Positions 62,127 through 64,000 of a DNA stretch of 64,000 nucleotides are shown here, piece after piece (position 1 is the first letter of the stretch; the number at the start of each line of letters is the position of its first letter). The stretch comes from Mytilus edulis (taxonomy: Eukaryota): the NCBI RefSeq assembly GCF_963676685.1, contig NC_092345.1:104470001-104534000 (forward strand). The letters run 5' to 3'. A program made the position numbers and the translations under genes. The notes under the pieces are model-generated. The model saw only the letters and a program-made list of their open reading frames with translations. It made no database searches and was not told the origin of the DNA.

Positions 62127-62429
62127 TTTCCTCCCTTCTAATTTTCGAATTCCATAGTAAAGTTATAGTATACAAATGATAAGGTCATTGACTCGGTCAT
62201 TGATAAAAATCTGTTGTATAAAGCACGTGTGGAAAGAATGAATGAAAGAAAATAATTACTGTCTATGTGTAAATAAAAACGTTAACTACAAAAAAACTCT
62301 AATATCATGCATTCAAAATATTTATCCCTAGTGATTGCCATAGAAAAACATTTATTTTTCTCGCGCACACAATCACACATAACAGGTTGCAAAGGGAATT
62401 ATTATTACCCTTACGCACTACAACCATTA

Positions 62430-63996
62430 TTACAAATTTAATTTGGTAACCGGTTTTCTGGTTCTCAACGGATATCTTCTCTGAATTGGTTCTGACAAAG
62501 GTTGTTCACTGTCTTGATGTTTCGGTTGGAGATCTTGTGCCGGTTGCTCAGTTGGTTCATCCGGAATTATCTCTATTTCAACTGTTTTGTCATTTTTAAT
62601 TTCTTCTCCCTGTTTATCGTTAAAGTCTGAGTTTCGTATCTGGTCTGCATGACGTTTCCAGATACTATTGGGCGAAACTTCTACCTGGTAATTTAACGGT
62701 CCTTCACGTTTGGTTATAAGTCCACTTGTCCATTTATTTGGTCCACGGTAGTCGCGTACAGCTACTGTTTCTCCCTCGGTAAATTGTCGCAAAGTCTCTT
62801 TTGTTGGTTTTATTGCAATTTTCATCTGCTTGTCTTGCACTTGTCTATTGATATCTGGTTTAATTAAGTCCAGTCTGTTACGTAAATTTCTGAACAAAAC
62901 GTTCTGCGAGTCTGTTTGTTGCCGGATGGTATGGTGCGCTCTTTATAAGCGTTATTCCATTCATTTTAGTAAATGTTTGAAATTCTGCTGATACGAATTG
63001 TGGTCCGTTATCACTGACTATTTGCTCTGGCAATCCTGCTCTTGCAAATATAGTCCTTAAAACTCTAATTGTCTGTGTTGAAGTGGTACTGTTCATCGGT
63101 ATAACTTCAGGCCATTTAGAATGAGCATCAATGACAATCAAGAACATGTGATCAATAAATGGTCCAGCAAAGTCAATATGAATTCGTTTCCACGGACTAG
63201 ACGGCCACTCCCATGGATGAAGTGGTGACTGTTTCGGGTTACGATGGTGCTTTTGACATCCGGAACAACTTTTTGCTAGTGATTCTATCTCAGAATCAAT
63301 ACGTGGCCACCATACGTAGCTCCTTGCCAATAATTTCATTTTCACTACTCCTGGGTGCGCAGAATGTAACAGTTCTAAAGTTTGCTGTCTAAATTTTGTC
63401 GGAACAATAGTACGTATTCCCCACTGCAAACAACCTTGACTGATTGACAGTTCGTTTTTCCGGTTGAAATACGGTTTCAAATCGATATCATCATTGACGG
63501 TCCAACCTTTTTGTACTAATTCATAGACTCTTGATAAGATCTTGTCACGCGCAGTTTCTCGTCTAATGTTGTTGTTTGTTAAGCTTAAATGTTCTAGCTG
63601 CTTTAACATGAAAACATCAACTGCATCAAATTCCTCACCATCTGCTTCTGTAGATTCCTGTGGTATTCTCGAAAGCGCATCTGCGTTCGTGTGCTTGTTA
63701 GTGTTTTTGTACTCGATGTCATATGTATATCCACTTAAAAATAACGCACATCTCTGTAAACGTGCTGCTGAAGTGGTAGAAATTCCCTTTTTCGGATTGA
63801 ATATTGACACAAGCGGCATATGGTCAGTAATCAGTGTAAATTTACGACCATACAAGTACGTATGAAACTTTTTAACGCCGAAAATTATACCAAGAGCTTC
63901 TTTGTCGATTTGACTGTAATTTCTTTCGGCTTTATTAAGTGACCTTGATGCAAATGCAATAGGGCGCTCCGTTCCATCTTGCATTTTATGTGACAA
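62430..63996 (-). pseudogene. Gypsy pol (RNase H-integrase) with a deletion/frameshift near 62880-62900
   Basis: ORFs 62878-63996 and 62430-62897; the segment between AERFVQ and RLDLIKP (YRxTPH..TG..PAE) is absent. Confidence 0.88.
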
Positions 63997-64000
63997 AACT

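Larger units (their letters stand above)
61893..64000 (-). mobile_element. Second Mag-like Gypsy LTR retrotransposon (3' part; continues beyond the window)
   Basis: RNase H, integrase HHCC (H..HPG..C..C) and core (HIDFAGP, SDNGPQF, AERFV); PPT agaagggaggaaa next to the 3' LTR. Confidence 0.92.

Overview
AT-rich eukaryotic (animal) genomic DNA. The repeat repertoire suggests a bivalve such as Mytilus, but this is an inference. Three spliced genes lie on the minus strand and were rebuilt by hand from GT-AG boundaries with consistent phases. CCDC89 has 7 coding exons (58580->47190, 354 aa). An HMG20A/B orthologue has 10 coding exons (35054->18777, 335 aa). CDCA7 has 7 coding exons in the window (8103->1448) and its zf-4CXXC_R1 continues off the left edge. 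Introns and intergenic DNA hold two Mag-type Gypsy LTR elements, three LINEs (Tx1, PHD-bearing CR1, RTE-X-like), Helentron-type non-autonomous elements with internal satellite arrays, many MITEs (some nested), a 1.5-kb foldback element with a 9-bp TSD, and a probable minimal hammerhead ribozyme core. The most striking observation is the 56-bp tandem array at 1-740. It is built from the 3' splice site plus the first codons of the next CDCA7 zinc-finger exon (DWICPPCRGICNC), giving at least 12 intact decoy acceptors that each run into a stop. A similar duplication of the HMG20 start exon has lost both its AG and its ATG.
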